DNA of 64,000 nt from Tilletiaria anomala UBC 951 (taxonomy: Eukaryota). Location: NCBI RefSeq assembly GCF_000711695.1, contig NW_013547021.1, positions 62,001 through 126,000 of the forward strand. Direction: 5' to 3'. Below are positions 1 to 12,610 of this stretch, piece by piece. The position numbers were made by a program, and so were the translations under genes. The notes under the pieces are model-generated. The model was not told where the DNA came from. It was given only the letters and a program-made list of their open reading frames with translations, and did not search any database. Positions within the stretch are counted from its first letter, which is position 1. Each line of letters starts with the position of its first letter.

Positions 1-1269
1 GATGCTGTTCTGCAATACCACTTCTCGATTCCGATAGCTGAGCATTGTACCAGACCGTCTCTGTCGCAAGTAATTCATCTACTGCACGGCACGCAGTGAC
101 GTCATATGCCAATCAATGGACATGTTCTGCTCTCAAGTACTCGAACTGGGTTGTGATTTCGGCTTGATTTTCAACTTTGCGATCATGACTGGCGGTGGTG
201 ACCGCTGCAAATTACAATGCTCACTTCTATTAAAGTCGTATTAGAAACTTTGTGTTGATGCTCCCCGTACAAGCCAATCTTTTGTTCATCCCACAGTGTA
301 GAAAAGGTAAAGCGGCATATTGGTGCTACAAGAAGCAGCAGCCTCTCCCAAGACCAGAGACGGCGCTTCTGACCTTCAGCATGGCAACCAAAGTTCATTA
401 TACACAGCAAGGCCTCTAGCTATCGCTTTTGACGGAATCGTCACACGCCAGAACACCCGGCAACCGCTGAGGTTCTGTGAGTGCACCTCCCCTCAGCGCT
501 GCGACCCGTGACAGGCCGTCTAGGCGATGGGAAGCTTGCCATATGGCAGCTCAGGATCTCTTTTACCGACAACATTATGTCTGGGACTTATCCCTCAAAC
601 CCCCAGAGCAACACTGATAGCGTGGCGATTGCAACGGAGAGAGAGAACACAGAGCTGTTTTGTCCCGCCCCTCTTCTCGCCCCCGCTCCCCATCCAAGGC
701 GCTACGCGTGAGCACCGCGAGCACGGTCAACCACAGCGGGCTGCGCTCCTTCCTCACGACACTCGCCGCCGCCATTGCCGTGAGCTCCCCGGGGTCTTAT
801 AGTGATACATCATCCATTGCGAGCTCAAGCTCGTTTGCGCACGCAATTGGGATACATGATACTGCTCTTGGCATGGAAGAAATGGCCGACGTTTGTAGCA
901 GCCGTTCGCGTGGTCGCCGTTCTTGTCCTCTTCGCCATACAGCGTTCCGTACTGGAATGTGCCTGCCATCGGCAACAATGCGTACCTGCTCGATATGAAG
1001 GGCCAAGAGTAGGACGATGCGATGTATGGCCCTTCGATTGCAGATACGGTCTCGCGAACGATTGTCACGGCAAAAGGGCTCTCGGATATCGGATCGCTGA
1101 TCCATCTAACCCGTGGCAACTTCTTTGTGTTCCTCGGGTAAGAATCTATCAATGTACATATCCAAAATTCATTGTAGCGCCGGGTGACTCATACTCGAGT
1201 CTCCCTATGCAACGTAAAGCTATCCGGTGCTTCCAGCTTGACCTGAATTTTCTCCTCCTCCACATACTT

Positions 1270-1560
1270 CCGCGATGATGAATGGGACGACCTGACCTTT
1301 CAGGGTCACATGTACATCGACAATGTCCGGGTCTGGCAAGATCCTTCGAAACTTGCTGTTGGCTGGAGTCGTGAGTTTCGTTTCCAACAGCTCCCACAGG
1401 TACGACTTTGCAGACTGTACTTTGCTCTATTGGCATGCGCGGTCAGGTGATGATCATCGATAACTTATTTTTGCAAGTTCCATGTCCAAGGCATGGTTTC
1501 TCATATGGCGCTTTCTCCAGGACGACTGATTACATTCAGGGCATATTGAAGCATGCACGC
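1270..1560 (+). pseudogene. Degenerate KRE6/SKN1 (GH16 beta-1,6-glucan synthesis) C-terminal fragment
   Basis: Translates DEWDDLTFQGHMYIDNVRVWQDPSKLAVGW, which matches the KRE6 C-terminal pattern W..L.FP..M.IDYVRV.Q....VGC. After an intron-like gap come TTDYIQ and, in a shifted frame, HIEACT (cf. PT.DYI..H.EAYTN). No intact upstream ORF. Confidence 0.6.
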
Positions 1561-1931
1561 CAGCTCACAGGTCCGACCAAATTATCCATAGACATGAGTT
1601 GACAAAGCGCGTCTGATTGCCGTCGTTGAAATTTAAATCTCACCATCTGGACCGGGTCGAGCACCCCTGGCGGTTATGAGATACAGTGTACGTCCACAGG
1701 AGGATTCCATCACAAATTCATTTGAACCTGTTTCGCCATGTCCTCTCACAGGTAGGGGAATTGGTTGCGGAGCGAATTCTAGCGTGCACGGACTCTTTCG
1801 ATTTTATTATCACGTGTATCTTTATCATCGAGCGATGCTGCTCACGGACTTTCAGCTACGAAATGTACACAGTGTCAGTACCCCTGTATGCCGTCCTATA
1901 AACGCGTGCGGAAGTCAGTACAATACATACT

Positions 1932-3594
1932 TTACCGGCCTCCGCCTCTCTCCTGCTTAAACTTTGCAATCCAAGTCTTCTCAGCGTCTGAACCTTTCGG
2001 CAAGACGATGAGCGAAACGAGACCGTCCTTGAGCATGACGCCGTCCCTATCCGCACCCTTCTCAGGATCCTTAGCACCCTGGTCAATGATCTCACGCAAA
2101 CTGAGTTTGCGTCCGATCTTGAGCAGGCGCTTCTGCCGCGTCGTGGCGTACACCTGCAGCTTAGCGCTGACGTACTCTCCACGCTCGTCCCATGGCTGCC
2201 GCGCTGTGGGCTGAGTCGAACTACCTGCAGGCCCTGGGAACATCTCGTCGAGGTAGAGCCCGATCGGCGTATCTTCCGGATACTCGGGGATGAGGTCCGA
2301 CTGCGCGTATTGCGGGTAGAGCAGGAATACGGGGAAGATGAGCTGGGTGCGGATTGCGTCGGGTGCTTTCCAACTTGAGGCTAGCGGACCGCTGAGTGGG
2401 ATGGAAGGTGATGAGGAAGAAGAAAGAGAATCAGGGTCGAAGTGCGGCCTTGCTGGATTGTCCGGTGGCCGTGAAGATGTTTCAATCCATAGCCCACGAG
2501 CCTGAATGTCGTGAGATGTCCTCGTGATGAATGTCTGTATCACAAATGAATCATTAAAGAGATCGCACTCACCAAAAATGCTTGATTAAGCGCCTTGTCT
2601 GTTTCCAATTTCCTCCTTTCTCGTTCTTTCCTCTCTGCTTGTATCCGTTCGACCTCGTTTTTCCTCTTGGTCACTTTCTCCCTCAATTCCTTCACATCTT
2701 TGTTTTCGGGATTGGCTCGTAGCGCATGATCACAGCAGTCAAGCGCTTCGGCCACTTTATCCGTAGCCAACAAGGCCCGTGCGGCACGGTAAAAGGCCTT
2801 CTCGGATGTAGGATTCAGCGCTAGGGCTTGCGATGTGTCTCGCAGAGTCTGACCGTAGTTTTCTGCGTTAGCACAGGGAAAAGACAATGAAGCGTCAGGG
2901 CGCTGCAACATTCAAATTGTTTCATCGAAACTCGAACGCACTGAGCGCCAGGTTGCAAGCGGCGCGATTGAGATAACAGCTTTCGAGTAATTTCGTGTCC
3001 GGCGGGCTGACATCGATCGCTTGAGAGTAGAAAGACACTGCCTCACGGTACCTTTTTCCCTTGAAGTAGTCGTTGCCTTGCGCCTTGAAGTTTTCGGCAA
3101 TTTCTACATCATCATGGTATATAGAAGGTGACCAGTGTAAGAAACCACAGGGAAGCGAAGATGAGGGACACATCACATTAGAACTAACCATCAGGCGTCC
3201 CATCAAAAGCCAGGCTCTTCAGCGCCTCGAGCGCATCTTTCGACGCCGCATCTTCTACCACTCCTCCAGCCCGAACTTCTTCATCTGAAGGCAGGTCACG
3301 CATGAAAAGCGGCACATTGTCCAGTGATTTGAGTTTCTCATCCAGTGTCATCCGGGGCGGAAAGTTGGGATTGTTGAATGCTTTGAAGCCACCAGGTAGC
3401 ATATCGGAAAAATCGATTACATCGTTTGCCTTGCTTGACTCTACCCCACCCGATGTACCTTTTTCATCAGCCGAAGGTCCAACTTGCGGCGCCTTCTCAT
3501 CAACCTCTTCGATCTGAAATGAAGATGCATGTGTCAGTTTGTGCTCTTGTGAACTTGGAATCAGCCCTTGGCACTGTACACGTACCACGGCCAT
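1932..3594 (-). CDS. CNS1: Hsp70/Hsp90 co-chaperone Cns1/TTC4 (TPR plus C-terminal wheel domain), 5 exons
   Basis: PLFMRDLP, ALEALKSLAFDGTP.EIAENFKAQGNDYFK, YLNRAACNLAL, KAFYRAARALL, LIFPVFLLYPQYAQSDLI; GT-AG introns join the ORF pieces; 9-nt first exon (MAV). Confidence 0.93.
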
Positions 3595-4137
3595 ATTGGC
3601 GGGTCTGGCACAAAGTCAGTCTTCGTCTTCAATCTTTCGTCTAGAATTGAGCGATAGATGTTTTGCTGTACCCCTGCTGACCTCGTACCCGCTCGGCCAT
3701 ACGAGATGAACTAAAGAGAACGCACGCTAGTGGTCTTCGATCAGGGGAGTAGCGACTAGTTGGTAAGAGAGAAGCGATGATGAAAGAGCCATCGAAACGC
3801 GGGATTCGGAATTGAACGACCATCTGTCTGTTAGTGTTATGTTGCACCGAAAAGAGCGGGACCTGGGCACCCGCAGCCTCACGGCTCTCGCACGTGCCCG
3901 CCAAAGGCCTTTTTTGAGACATGAGAGAGCGGTACATGAGAAAAGCACGGCGGTTAGAAGGAGAATGTATCAACCCGATGCAACATTACATGCGATAGGC
4001 CATGTTCAAGTACAACTCCGTGAATAGCATGGCAGGACCAATAATCCACCCTTGTGTTTCAGGCACTCTTAAACGGAATCTTCTTGCAGCCAACCTCTTT
4101 TCCCACCTACTCTGATCGCACCAAACACACAATCACC

Positions 4138-5239
4138 ATGGCCCAGCACGATATTTGCGTCGGCGTTATTGGCGGCAGCGGATTGTACAAGCTCGAAGGC
4201 ATCGATGTGGTTGATCAGGTCAATCCCGAGACCGTGAGTCCCGCCCGAAGGGCTTGGAGCCAGGAGTAAGGGAGCTGTTGTGTAATTTCTGCTGATGATG
4301 TTCTTTTCATTTTTCTTGAATGCCTTTCAGCCATGGGGGCTGCCCTCATCGCCCATTACGATCGGCAAGCTGCCTTCAGGTGTGCACATTGCTTTCCTAG
4401 CACGGCACGGTCTATCGCACCAACACACACCCTCGTCCGTTCCGGCGCTTGCAAACATCTCCGCCCTCAAGTCACTCGGAGTGCGCGCCATCCTTGCTTT
4501 TTCGGCTGTCGGCTCGTTGCGCGAGGAGATCGCGCCCAAGGACTTCGTCGTGCCGAGCCAGATCATCGACCGGACCAAAGGCATTCGGAGAGCGAGCTTC
4601 TTTGGTGAAGGCAATGAGAAGGGCGTCGTCGCGCATGCTGGATTCGGTGACCCTTTCGATGAGACTCTCAGGCCTGTCGTCGAAGATATGTACGTCCCTT
4701 TCTGGTAGCCGGCGACAAGACATACACAGAGACCTGACTATGCTCCCTTGTTATACCATTTACCTTTTAGTGTGCGAAAGACGCTTGCTGCCAAAGACCT
4801 GCCGGTCAAGGTGCACGGATCCAAGACGGTTGTCTGCATGGAAGGCCCTGCCTTCAGCACGCGTGCGGAGTCCAACATGTACCGACAGCTCGGAGGCGAC
4901 ATCATCAACATGTCTGTCTTGCCCGAAGCCAAGCTCGCCCGTGAAGCCGAGCTGGCATACGTGCTCATCGCCACGGCTACCGACTACGATGCCTGGCGTG
5001 CAAGCTCCGCCGCGGTCAACGTCACCGAAGTGCTCGAGGCGCTGAAAAGCAACGTCGTTGCGAGTCAGCAGGTGACACTCGCGTTGCTGGATGAGGTGCA
5101 TCAGCGTGTCAAGGAAGACGACAGCCCTGTCGTCAAAGCCAACAAAGGTGCGATGCAGTTCGCGATCATGACCAAACCAGATGCGATACCACAAAAGGCA
5201 AAGGAGAACCTCAAGTTTGTCTTCCCTGAATACTTTTAG
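4138..5239 (+). CDS. MEU1: S-methyl-5'-thioadenosine phosphorylase (methionine salvage), 3 exons
   Basis: [75 protein letters not shown]. Confidence 0.96.
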
Positions 5240-5359
5240 AACATATGTATCCAGATAGAAATGAGAAGGAGAACCCTCTATACATTGTTGAATTTGCCGT
5301 ATGGATGCTACCATAACTTTCACGTCCATATGTCAACGATAGCATCAAAGATGGCAACT

Positions 5360-7211
5360 CTATTTGCTGATAACCCCAAACCATGCGAGCCCGGCGACGC
5401 CGCCGAGCAGCACGCTCAGCGCAGGTAAAACGCCAAAGCTCTGTGTCGCGACAAAGCTGCCCGCCGCCACGACGGCCCACCACGGGTCGGCGGTGAGCGG
5501 GCCGCTGACACTCTGATTGACCTGGCCCGGTGCAGCGTGCGGCGGCGTGTAGATGTATCCGACGAGGAAGAGCTGCCATACGGCTGTATAGACCAGCCCA
5601 GAGGCGGCCGCGTTGAGCCCGCGCAAGACGGATTTGGCGACTGTGTTGCGCCGCCATCGGTTGTAGAGCGGCAACAGAGAAAGCTTGAGCATGATGCCTG
5701 GCGTGAATATTCCGAGGAACCCGAGCACGGCGCCGAGCGGCGGATTAGATGGAAGCGATAGAACACCGAGATAGCACGCGAAAGCGAAGTTTGGGCCCGG
5801 GAATGCTGCATGGTCCAAGGTTCATTGGCAGGCGTGAGCCCTTCTGTGCTCTGGCTCCGAACACTAGCTTGATGCTCACCTTGCAAGATGGCAAATCCAA
5901 GTAAAAAGTCACGACTGCTTACCCAGCCAGGATCGACTACATAACCTCTGAGAAGGGGAATCACCACCGGTCCGCCACCACAAATGATGGTCCCGGCAAC
6001 GAGCATATTGTCAAAGAGGTCGAGCGCACGCGGGACCTCCACTCCATGATTCTGTAGCGCTCCACGCACAGCAAGAGCCACGATTAGAAGTATAACGAAA
6101 GACGCAAAGACGAATGCGGAGAGCGCCGGGGAGAGCACCATGAGCGGCATCATAGCTGGTTGGGTCGCGCTAAGTTCATCCTGTGCTCGCTGCTCTGATG
6201 TTTCTGATGGCTGTCTAAGGGCAGATGTCGATGATCCTGCAAGTTGAGAGGCGGCTGTCCGCTGACGTAGGCTGGCGGCGCCAGTATCTAGAACACCAAG
6301 TTCTCTATCCGTGCGAACGGTCTCTTTCTTGGGTTCTGGCGAGTTTGAGCGACTGCGTTCTGCACCTTGTGCATGCTCAGACTCAGGTCTCTGGGGAAGC
6401 ACTTGCATAGGAATTCCCGCCTCAGTCTGCGCAACGGCTACGGCTTCCCGTTGGGCAGCTCCCTCGCGTCGCTTTGACATGCGTCTCTTCGCTTGGCTTG
6501 AAAGCAATTTGTCGAGCACAGCACGCCGGAAATCCCATGCGAGTGTCAACATCCCTCCACCCACCATGATTGACGGATACATCCAAGGTGCGTGGTAACA
6601 AATGCCAAAGGCCGCACTAAGGAAGACGATCAGCGTTGTGACTCTCTCCGTAGTTGCGGTGCTCGAGAGCTGATACGCAGCCAGAGCAATCAAGCCGACA
6701 GCCGCTGTGTTCAAGCCTGTCAGAAATGCCAAAACAATCGGCGGGAGCGTCTCGGGAATTTCCTTGATCCCTGCTGCGAGCCCCGCCATGCCGCAGCTGG
6801 CAGGTAAGGACCAGATGAAGAAGGCGAGCAGGCCTGCGATAGCGCCATTTCGAACCGTCGCAATGCTGAACGCCAGTTGTGTGCTCCCCGGGCCTGGCAG
6901 GGCATTACCCAGGCTGAAGAGATCGGCAAAGGTGGTCGAATCGATCCAACCCAATTGATCGACGAATCGCTGACGTAAAATCACCACGTGGACCTGTCAA
7001 GCGAATGACGGTGTGTTTCATGGAATTGGCCCATTCAGTCAGGGGGAGATGAACAGCGTTCCAAGGGTGTCCAGTGGATCCCATAACTTACGCCTGGTCC
7101 ACCAAAGGCAGTGAAGCCGAGATGAGAGAAATGTTTTAGGGTCTCAGCAAGGCGATGTGCCAGCGGTCGCGCTGCGACGGCGTCGTTCGCCGTGATATCC
7201 TGTACTTCCAT
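5360..7211 (-). CDS. Chromate ion transporter (CHR family, two-domain long form), 3 exons
   Basis: Exon 1 MEVQD...HLGFTAFGGPG; ALPGPGSTQ; second domain GGGPVVIPLL...QAFPGPNFAF; many hydrophobic helices. Confidence 0.92.
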
Positions 7212-7832
7212 CTTGTGAAAGGACCGCCCTCCGGTTGCGGTGTTGGAAGCAAGGGCAAACGGCCGTAGAGGTTTCAGTCGAAAAGAACTGTTATCTATCT
7301 ATCTACGACATCAATCTTTATACTTTGTAGCCCCGTGCCTTGTGATATGGAAGCCAAGCCAAGAATAAGGTCTAGCAATTGGAGCTCATGTAGCCCCGGA
7401 GACTCGAGCCGACCCATGCGCACGTGTGAACTCAGTTCGCTATTGGCGTTCAACTTCAAGTGATATGCCGTTGCAGAGAGCGAGCAAGAGGGCGGGGCAG
7501 GTGTCACAGCCTGGCACCGAATATGTGAGACGGAACGACAGCACACAAGCCTAGACCAGTTCATCTATTTCCACCACAAACCACAAGCCTCTCTATATAC
7601 TCGTACCTAGAAAAGTGGCTGGTAAATGATATTATGGCAGGCTCATGCTCAGATAAAGGTGTGGTGTATGGCAAAGAACAGCCCTCCGCCATCTGCAGCA
7701 ATAACGGAACTTTCTACAGCATCGGCTGCTTCGTATCTCGGTCACTACAGGTGCCTGCGTTTGCATTGCTGTCGAAATTATGTCCAGTTGCACGCTTGAC
7801 CAGCCTCCACTTTGCTCGAACCAAGGGCATGC

Positions 7833-9434
7833 ATGGCAACTAAGGCATGTTCTAGTACCACCGACAGACCATCCCTGATCCCTGTCCAAGGCACCTTCTC
7901 CGCTGATGCCAGCAATCTCAACCTTTTTAATATAGCCGTCGCTCAGATCTTGCCATCCATGGGTCCGAAAGCAGCACATGAAGGCATCAAGAAATTGGAA
8001 CAGGTCGCAAAATGTGCCTCACATCAAGGCCCCGATGTCGTCGTTGTTCCAGAATATTTCTCTCTGGCGCCACATATGAAGCTTAGAACGCTGTGATATC
8101 GCTAGGAAAACTGCTACCGGCGCCAGTCAAGGAGGTGCGTCCTTTGGCATTCGTTGCAATCATCTCCTTTCCTTCTAGGCGTGCCGAGTATCACACACCG
8201 CTTTCTTACACGCCTTCATCCTGCGTTGCAGCTAAAGTGAAGCCTGAACTCTCTCATCTAGGATGAACTCGATGAATCTCATTGACTTTATCTCATATGC
8301 ACAAATGAAAAAGACAATGACATCGATATTGTGGCGGGAACGATCGTCGAGTTAGAAACCCATCGCGAAGTTCAACAACGCACTCAGACTCCATCCTCAA
8401 CTTCAACCCCGCCCGATCAGCCAATCTGCCGCTGCACAACACGGCTTATTATTTCTCGCGCACGGGTAAAGTGGCGGGCCGCTATACAAAGCGCAATCTC
8501 TGGCACCCGGAACGCTTGACGCTCACAGCCGGTCAAGATGCGACACATCCACATGATGGGGTGTATTTGAGATTGTCACCAAGCGAGGCGCGCGCCTACG
8601 GGCTGGCATGATGGTTTGTGTAAGCACAGCGTTCTCCACCTTGCATCTGCAGAACTGCCAAATGCTGAATGTCGCATTGTACACCCTTTATCTCCTTAGG
8701 GCGTGGGATCTGGCATGGCCGCAAATGTTCAGACAAATGAGCGCAAGCGACGACCCGAGCGTGGATCACTTGATTGGGCCAGATGTGTGAACATTGGCTT
8801 CAAGGCAACATATCCCAACCTTCCCCGGATGGTAACTGCACCTTGCAATGGACTTGCTGACAAGACCAGAGCCATCTAAACCCCTGGCTGCACCGCACTT
8901 TAGGTTCTTCGTGCCAACTTGCTGGTACGCCATGGACGGCGGGGAGAAAAGCTTGAAGTGGAACAGAAACGGGGAGGCTTCTCTACCAGGTGAGAGTAGG
9001 GGGTACAACGGCTCATATCCACCGTGACAAAATATCGCTTGCTTTTGACCCAGACGATCCTACTCTTTCCCGTGATTTGAATGTGCACAGATGCTATAGT
9101 GATCACAAGAGCCATCCAAAACGAGGCAGTGACCATCATGTGCAACATTGCCGGCCCCGATTGGCCAAACGCTGGCACTGCAGCTTCCTCACCAGATTCA
9201 CCCGCAGCGAATCTCGACCTCATCGGCGTGGGCCGCTCAGCCGTTGCTGCGCCCTTTCTAGGGGCTGGGGGCCGCATCGAGCATCCTGGTGAGATGCAAT
9301 CGCTAGCCTCGGTAGACATGAGCGTCCTCCTGGATGCCCGGGACGTGTATAGGATGAGATATCTGTTCGAGTTCGAGCGGCCCCGGGTGGGGGGTTCCAA
9401 CTACCAGAATCTGATCGGAGGCCTCCAGAGCTAG
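7833..9434 (+). pseudogene. Carbon-nitrogen hydrolase (nitrilase superfamily) pseudogene
   Basis: IAVAQ, DVVVVPEYF (Glu), NTAYY...YTKRNLWHPER (Lys), MVC/WDLAWP (Cys), RAIQNE, GRSAVAAPF. Frameshift at ~8060 with TAG at 8084-8086, a second frameshift at ~8360-8420, and an apparent splice-acceptor defect at 8700-8703. Confidence 0.8.
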
Positions 9435-9798
9435 CCGGGTCGATTTTCAACCGTTGCCTATGTATTTATAATGGAGGTCAATCTAGGCGACTTGCAATTC
9501 TACTGCTCTCCAGATTGTGCCAGCAGGGTATCAATGTCTGTAATGGCATTGCATTATGGAAAAATTTGACAAACCGATACGAGCGATTGCAAAGGAAGAC
9601 AGGAAAGGTACGCGCCCAGTAACTCATGTTTGTTGCTGTCTTGCCTCAGGCGTGGTAGGGAAGCGACGAGGAGTTTGAGTTGCTGGCACTGATGTTACTT
9701 CGGAACGGTTGAGGGATGCAACTCTATGAACTTGATCTGTGTCTGGCGACGTGAATTCATAGCCCGCAGATCGCACCCAGCTACTGCGACCACTGCTC

Positions 9799-12610
9799 TC
9801 AGCCCGCAGAGAGTGTGAGATGGATTGAATGCTTGTGATCCGTAGCGAGATCGATGCCACAAACAGAGACAGAGGCGAACCAAGGGTCCTTGAGGATTTC
9901 CTCTGTGCCCCACCGCTGCTTTGGATCTGGACAGAGCATCTTCTTAAGCACTGCATATCGAACAAAATATGGCGCTCGATCAGTTTTTGAGACTTATGAA
10001 AAGCTATAAGCTTCGAGATGAGGACTCACGTGGCCGGCAATCCCGTGGAGAGAGATTGGACAGAGGGCTTGGGGCATTCGAGCTGTGGTACGAGTGTACG
10101 AATTCCTTGAACGTCGGGTCGGACATCTTGGCCACGCGCCACGGCAATTCTTGGAATTGCATGCAATAGAAGACGACCGCGGCGGCCCATACGTCGACAA
10201 GTCTGGCATCGTACTCCTTCTGCTCAAATTGTTCCGGGGCAATGTATGGCTCCGAGCCGCAGAGGCCCTTGGAATAATGCGTCGACTTTTCCCAGCACAT
10301 GCGGAAAACGTCGCTGACGCCAAAGTCAGTGATCTTGACGTGTCCCTGCGCGTCGAGAAGGAGATTCTCGGGCTTGATATCGCGATGCGCAACACCCATC
10401 GAGTGCAGATAAGCGATGCCATTCATAGTCTGCTTGAAGCAGCACTCGATCTCCGCCTGGCTCATCCCGCCACGCTTGATGGCGGCGTACAAATCCCCGC
10501 CGGGACAGAACTCCATCACCTCGCACCAATGTCGATTCTCGTCTTGCACCAGATCGACCGTCTCGACGATATTGATGTGATGCAGCGTGGAGGAGATGCA
10601 AAACTCTGACGTGAGCTTCTTGACGTACTCCTTCTCTGTTTCGTTCTTGCGGCGCTTTCGGAACTCCTGGAGAAAGGCAAGCGCAATTAAAAAGAGGGAG
10701 GATGTACGGTCAGCTTCCGAATAGACCCGCATACACCCAGCAGTCGCTCTCACCTTGACAGCATACAACTTCTCCGTTGAGCGGTCCCATTTGTGCGCAA
10801 GTCGGACAACAGCAGTGGCGCCTTTACCAATGGCAGCCTTTTCGCAGACACCATATTTCTTCAGCAAGCTCGCCGTGTCGCCGCCACCTTGGCTGGCGCC
10901 CTTCTTACTGCCGCCGCTGGCGCTGCTGCCGCGTCGGCTCAACTTGGGTGCCGAGCCCATGATCATTTCGCGCAGGGTTGAGCTGGCTGTGCTCTTTGCA
11001 TCCGCATCGCGATCCTTGTCCTTCGAGGATGTGCCAGAGGCCTTTTTCGTCTTGCTTCCGGTGACGACGGGTGGCCCAGGCGCCACTGCCGACGCACCGG
11101 GACCGCTGGCGGTGTATCCCTTCGCATCGAGATCACGCAGGGCAGCAGCGGTGAGGCGACCGTGCTGCTGCTGTTCGGCAGTGTTGCCGCTCGCACCGCG
11201 GTTAGGCGAGGCATTCTCCTTGCGACGCAGCGAGACGTTGCGCGAAGGGGGCTGGCTCGTAGGTGGACTGATCATTCCCATGTTTTGTATGGCATTCATC
11301 AGCAGACTACCCGATGCATCGGTCGTTCCGACACTCTCGCCCGGGCTGCCGGGAGGCGTGCTGCCGCGGCTGGACGGCGAGACGGCTCCGGCATTCGCTG
11401 CTGCAGAGACAGAGTTCGATTGGCTGCCGCTCAGCATGCGCTTGAAAAGCGCTCGGCCGTCTAGTTTGATACTAGTGGATGTCTGCGCTGGGCGCGTGGC
11501 GACAGGTGTAACAATGGTGGTCTGCTCGATGGCAGCCTCGGTAGCGGGCGTCGCAGGTCCTTCTGGCGCGCTGAATGCACCGGAGCCAGCGCCACTCGGA
11601 CGACCGTTAGCGGATGCCAGAGGTGAAGGTGTAGCATGGTCGACACCGTTGCCTGGTATATAGCCCGAACGACTGACACGCGTTGTTGCTGCACTTTTCG
11701 GGGGCGACATAGCCCTTGGTGGTGGCGAAGAAGGCCGGGATGAGTCGCTGCTGCCGTTCTTGGAGGTATGGTCTCTCGTTTGCTGCGTGCCCGAGCTCTG
11801 CTTTTGGCTTTGCGTTTTCTGCTGCAATGCTTGCTGAGCGCCGCGCAGAGACTTCCCGAGAGGCACAGCGGTCAGCGGCGTCGGCGGAACGCTGTCGAGC
11901 TGCGCGATCGACAACGGCGCGGACACTTCGCCAGCGTGCGACAGATCGTACGGACTGACTTCACGTACTAGCTTGAGGCTATTGCTGTCATCACCGTCGG
12001 CTCCGCCACCGTGTTTAACGACAAACGAGTCTTTGGACTGCATGCCGCTGAGCCGATGCTTGGGAAAGCGGTGGCGGTCCGGGGTAGGTGGGCGCGAAGA
12101 GAGGTTGGACTCTGTGTCCGAATCGCTCATCATCTCGCGCGCCCTGATTTCACGTTCGCACATTGGTCCGTTGAGTGACAGTTGCCGAGCCGAAGGTGGA
12201 CTACGCAGCCCAGAAGCGGCGGCAACAAGTCGCGAGGAAGGTGGAGAAGTGGCGCAGCTGGCTACTGGCAAGCCCGGCTGCCCCTGGTGTGCGGGTGAGG
12301 GCAAAGCGCTACCAGGTATCGACATGGGTGCAGGTTGGTTCAAAACTGACGGTGGTAATGTTGCAGCAGACTTGGAAGAAAAAGAAGCAGCAGCAGAGTC
12401 TATGGACTGGCTGGGTGTTGGTATGATCTGATCGGTACCAACAAAAGTGTTTGGCGACAGCGTGCTCTGAGAGCCGTTGTCGGCTTTGCTCAAGCCTGGG
12501 TCACGAACGTGGCTTGGAGGCAATATACCGGAGTCGAAACCGCCGTTTGGCTCGCCTGATGTCATGGGAGAGGCTGCATTTTGCTGTGTTGACTTGGACG
12601 CTTCGCTCAT
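9799..12610 (-). CDS. HAL/NPR family Ser/Thr protein kinase (Hrk1/Ptk2/Sat4-like) with long low-complexity N-terminus, 3 exons
   Basis: IGKGATAVV, YAVKEF, EYVKKLTSEFCISSTLHHINIVETVDL, HRDIKPENLL, DFGVS, GLCGSEPYIAPE; last exon LKKMLCPDPKQRW...WF ends at TGA 9799. Confidence 0.93.

Noticed and set aside
3775..3850. ATGATGA (C-box-like) between CNS1 and MEU1
   Set aside because: No D box or terminal stem within snoRNA distance.
8833..8835. TAA as an additional lesion in the nitrilase pseudogene
   Set aside because: It falls inside a plausible intron (~8787-8903) whose removal gives GPDVFFVPTCW in frame.
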